Shown here one piece after another: positions 60,757 through 64,000 of a DNA stretch of 64,000 bases. The notes under the pieces were generated by a model, which was given only the letters and a program-made list of their open reading frames with translations, was not told the DNA's origin and did no database searches. This stretch comes from Calditrichia bacterium. Its GTDB lineage: Bacteria; Calditrichota; Calditrichia; JAJRVZ01. Position 1 is the stretch's first letter; each line of letters starts with the position of its first letter. Made by a program: the position numbers and the translations under genes. The DNA lies in assembly GCA_963777955.1 (NCBI GenBank), contig CAVZSQ010000019.1, positions 256,001 to 320,000 on the forward strand, given 5' to 3'.

Positions 60757-62020
60757 GTGTTCAATTACAAACAAAAATTTGATTCCTATCTGGATAAAAC
60801 GCTTATATGCTCAGCTGCCCGGTCCGGAGCAGGAATCTATCAGGGAAATTTCATTCCGCTTTTATCTGACCTTTCAGGAATTCCGCCAGTTGGTCAACTC
60901 TGCCCGCGATCTGGAGATGTGGGGCGAAAGCGGCCTGGCTGAATGGTGGAAACGGCAGGCCCGCTCTGCCGGGGATAAAAGAATTTTTCTGAAGAAATTG
61001 GACCGTCATCTGCTGGCACTCAGGCGCAGTGAAAAAAAATATCCGGCGACCGCCCAGAACAACAATTCGCTCCGCCCGGTTGCAACCAGGCCTGTTGTTT
61101 ATACCCGGACTGCTAAAAATATAATCGGTCCCTGCCCCGTGGCCTCCCCGAAAACCGTTTGCTGTCAATTGCAGACAATTGATGCCGTTGAAAATTGCGT
61201 CTACGGCTGCAGTTACTGTACCATCCAGACTTTCTATACCGACCACACGGTGATCAATACCGGCCTGCGCGAAAAATTAGCACAACTTAAAATTGACCGC
61301 GATCGCTATTATCATTTTGGCAGCGGACAGGCCTCTGATTCTCTGGCTCTGGGCAATCTGGGCGGTATTCTGGATGATTTATGCTCGTTCGCAGCTGATC
61401 ATCCGAATGTTTTGCTGGAATTCAAAACTAAATCAAAGAATATTGATTATTTTTTGAAAAAAAATATCCCGCCCAATATTGTCTGCAGCTGGTCGCTGAA
61501 TCCTGAAATTATCATTACTCATGAGGAACATTTCACCGCCAGTTTGCAGGAACGTTTGAGCGCAGCCCGTGAATTGGCCGACCGTGGCATAAAAATAGCC
61601 TTTCATTTCCATCCGCTGATCTACTATCATGGCTGGGCTACAGATTATCCGGCAATAGCGGGCAGGATCATCGATAAATTTACAGCGGAGGAAGTACTAT
61701 TTCTATCCTTCGGTGCATTGACATTAATTAAACCGGTGATACAAAAAATCCGCAATCTGGGCATTAAAACAAAAACGTTACAGATGGAACTGGCAGCCGA
61801 TCCCCATGGTAAATGGACCTACCCTGATGAGGTTAAAATCAGGATGATCAGAAAAATCTACCGTGCCTTCAAACCCTGGCAGGATAAAGTTTACATGTAT
61901 TTATGCATGGAAAAAGCAAATATCTGGTTAAAAACTCTGGGTTACTGCTATCAGAATAATTCCATTTTTGAACAGGACTTTGCGCAAAAAACCATCGGCA
62001 GAATATATAAATTACAGTGA
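60757..62020 (+). CDS. Spore photoproduct lyase (SplB)-like radical SAM protein; probable frameshift near 60803
   Basis: CVYGCSYC (CxxxCxxC), G.ASDSL, LEFKTKS, SWSLN, FHFHP, YLCME. The likely N-terminus is GTG 60757 (MFNYKQKFDSYLDKTL) after a GAGG RBS; the ORF track uses 60713. Confidence 0.8.
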
Positions 62021-62024
62021 TATT

Positions 62025-64000
62025 TCAGGTTCCCTGCTTAACCGGTACCAGACTCAGACTGGATGCTGCCTTCAGATTATTTTTTTCTCTGGAGAGCGGC
62101 ACATTCCAGACTTCTCCTTTTTCCCAGCGGTCATAGAAATCGAAGAAATGGGGACTCACCGGATTTCCCGATTGCCCGGCCGGCAACATGATGGAATTGG
62201 CATCTTTATCACTGAAGTCGAATACCAACCGTGCACTTGGTCCGCCGACCGCCGAGAATTTTCCATTCGCCAGACGCAGAGAGGTAGTAGCGTTGAGTGT
62301 TCCCGGCGATCCGCCCCGTGCAAACGGGCCGCGCCGCAGATCGAATAATTGGGAGATTAATGGTATTTCAGCCAGGGGATGTCCCGGTGCTAACTGCTGC
62401 AGATCACCCCAATTTTTGTTTTTAACCTGCTGCAGGGTTAACTGCATGGCTTTTTGCGCGATATCCTCCCTGCTCTCCAGACGATCGCTGGTATTTTGAT
62501 CATCAAACCATTTTTGATCACCTTGAAAGTAGAGATACTCCATAACATAATCACGGAAAAGAATCCGGTTGTTAAATACACCGGCCAGTTCCTGGAACTC
62601 ATCAGCAAAGGTTAATTGTTTTAAGTTAGCCAACCAGGTCTCCACAATACAGGCAGCCGTTGAATCTGCGGACATCTGCCCTGCCCAATTTTCAATAATC
62701 CCGGCTTCGCTGCCGGCTCCCAGGTTTTGCAGGATCCTGATAATTTCCGTTTTCCAGCGTAATGCAGAGGGGGAAATTATATCCAACTGAAATTCCGTCA
62801 TATCTGCCGCAGTCAGATTATTCCGGGAATTTAATAATTCTGTAATTCTTAGTATGCGATCTTCGGCAAAATTTCCGGGTAGCAGTGAATCTCCGATTTG
62901 TCCCGGTTGGTTGTTGCAGGTAGCCAACCAGCCCTGCAGTGAATTATAGGCACCGGGAGTCTGCTCGGACGGATAATAACCCTGCCAGCTATATTGATCA
63001 TCCCAGCCCGGTAGCTGGACTTGCTTGCTGTTTCCCTGGCGGATCGGCACTGGTGTACCCAGTCTGATAGCCGGTATTACCCAGCGCATCAGCATAGACC
63101 CAATTTGCATTCAGAGCACCAAAATTTGTGATCAATTTTCTGAAGTTTTTAAAACTGGCAACCCAGGCCAGATCGAAAGCCGCTCTGATGCCCCGGCTGA
63201 TCGGGCAATCGAATCCTGCCCAGTACAAACAGGTAGCCTGTTGTAAAGAATCGTTTTCGATCATAACCGGCCCATGCCTGCCGATTTTTACCAGTAACGT
63301 ATCGGCGCCCGCACGTCCTTTGACCAGAATGATTTCTTTAATCAGTTCAAATTTTTGCCAACCAGCGCTGGCCTGATATTGCTGCGCATCATCTTTTGTC
63401 CGCTCAAGATAATAATCGGTGATGTCGACTCCACCGGCCGTGAAAGCCCAGGCAGCATGACTATTGCGGCCGTAGACAACGTAGGGCAGTCCCGGTGTGG
63501 TTAAACCCAGCACGTCCAGCGAATCCTGCTGTGCATGAATCCCGACGGCGTACCAGAATTGCGGCAGCATCGAAATATCAAGATGGGGATCACTGGCCAG
63601 CATAGCCGCACCTTTTTGGGTTTTGTGCGGGGCCACTACCCAGGCATTGGAAGAATGGGCCATGGTACCGGGTACAGTTTCAAACGACCAGTCTGGGAAA
63701 GGAATAATAAAGTCTCTGATACGTTCAACCGAAGATTTTTTCAGCAGTTCCAGGTAGAAATCATCCGGGGTTTGTAATGTGTGCGAATACCAGGTCTGAT
63801 AACTGAAGATACTCAGGCAATCCGTAAGAGTCCAGGGTTCAAAATCACAGCGCAGCAGGTGATATTCGAAAGGTAATGTCCTCAAACTCTGCACTCCGCT
63901 GTTTATTCCATCCACGTAGGCCTGGAGTTTCAGTCTACTCTGTTCATCCAGTTGAGCAAGTTCCGCTTCAGCCATGCGCCTATGCCCGATTTTTCGCTGC
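62025..64000 (-). CDS. Penicillin acylase family Ntn-hydrolase, 5' end outside the window (apparent frameshift near 63063)
   Basis: SNAWVV beta-chain start, SDPHL, N.VYAD..GN.GY, TCNN, R..RI..LL, PAGQSGNP.SPHF.D. Confidence 0.88.

Noticed and set aside
1..64000. CRISPR arrays, tRNA/rRNA genes, IS elements
   Set aside because: No regularly spaced repeats, cloverleaf-like segments or transposase ORFs seen by eye; intergenic gaps are short. tRNAscan-SE and Infernal would be needed to exclude small RNAs.

Overview
Core-genome-like bacterial window (~45% GC by eye). The gene content (GWxTD protein, bshA/bshB1, Lnb/DUF4105, NagB-II-type fusion, long S1) suggests an FCB-superphylum organism such as Calditrichota, but this is inference. 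About 60 protein genes: xerD, lgt, mtgA, dacB, hup, rpoN-hslV-hslU-argF running into a glycan-modification cassette, the trpS-scpA-scpB-rluB-cmk-rpsA block, an orphan mreB, pdxA, pyk and htpG. I saw no rRNA, tRNA, CRISPR array, IS or prophage. About 11 genes, including rpsA and hup, carry single-base indels that most likely reflect sequencing error. The most notable structure is a compact, flagellum-unlinked regulatory cassette at 23.7-26.35 kb. It has a sigma54-type promoter with an IHF-like site and a perfect 15-bp palindrome upstream of a FliA/WhiG sigma28 gene. Next come a REC-histidine kinase with degenerate ATP-binding boxes and an unannotated 61-aa FlgM-like gene with its own well-spaced sigma28 promoter. 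Other highlights: an SSS transporter followed by three tightly coupled small membrane proteins (two missed by the ORF track), a V4R-like protein coupled to SatD, a NagB fusion with a metal-site-dead deacetylase domain, and a sensor kinase with a large internal deletion.
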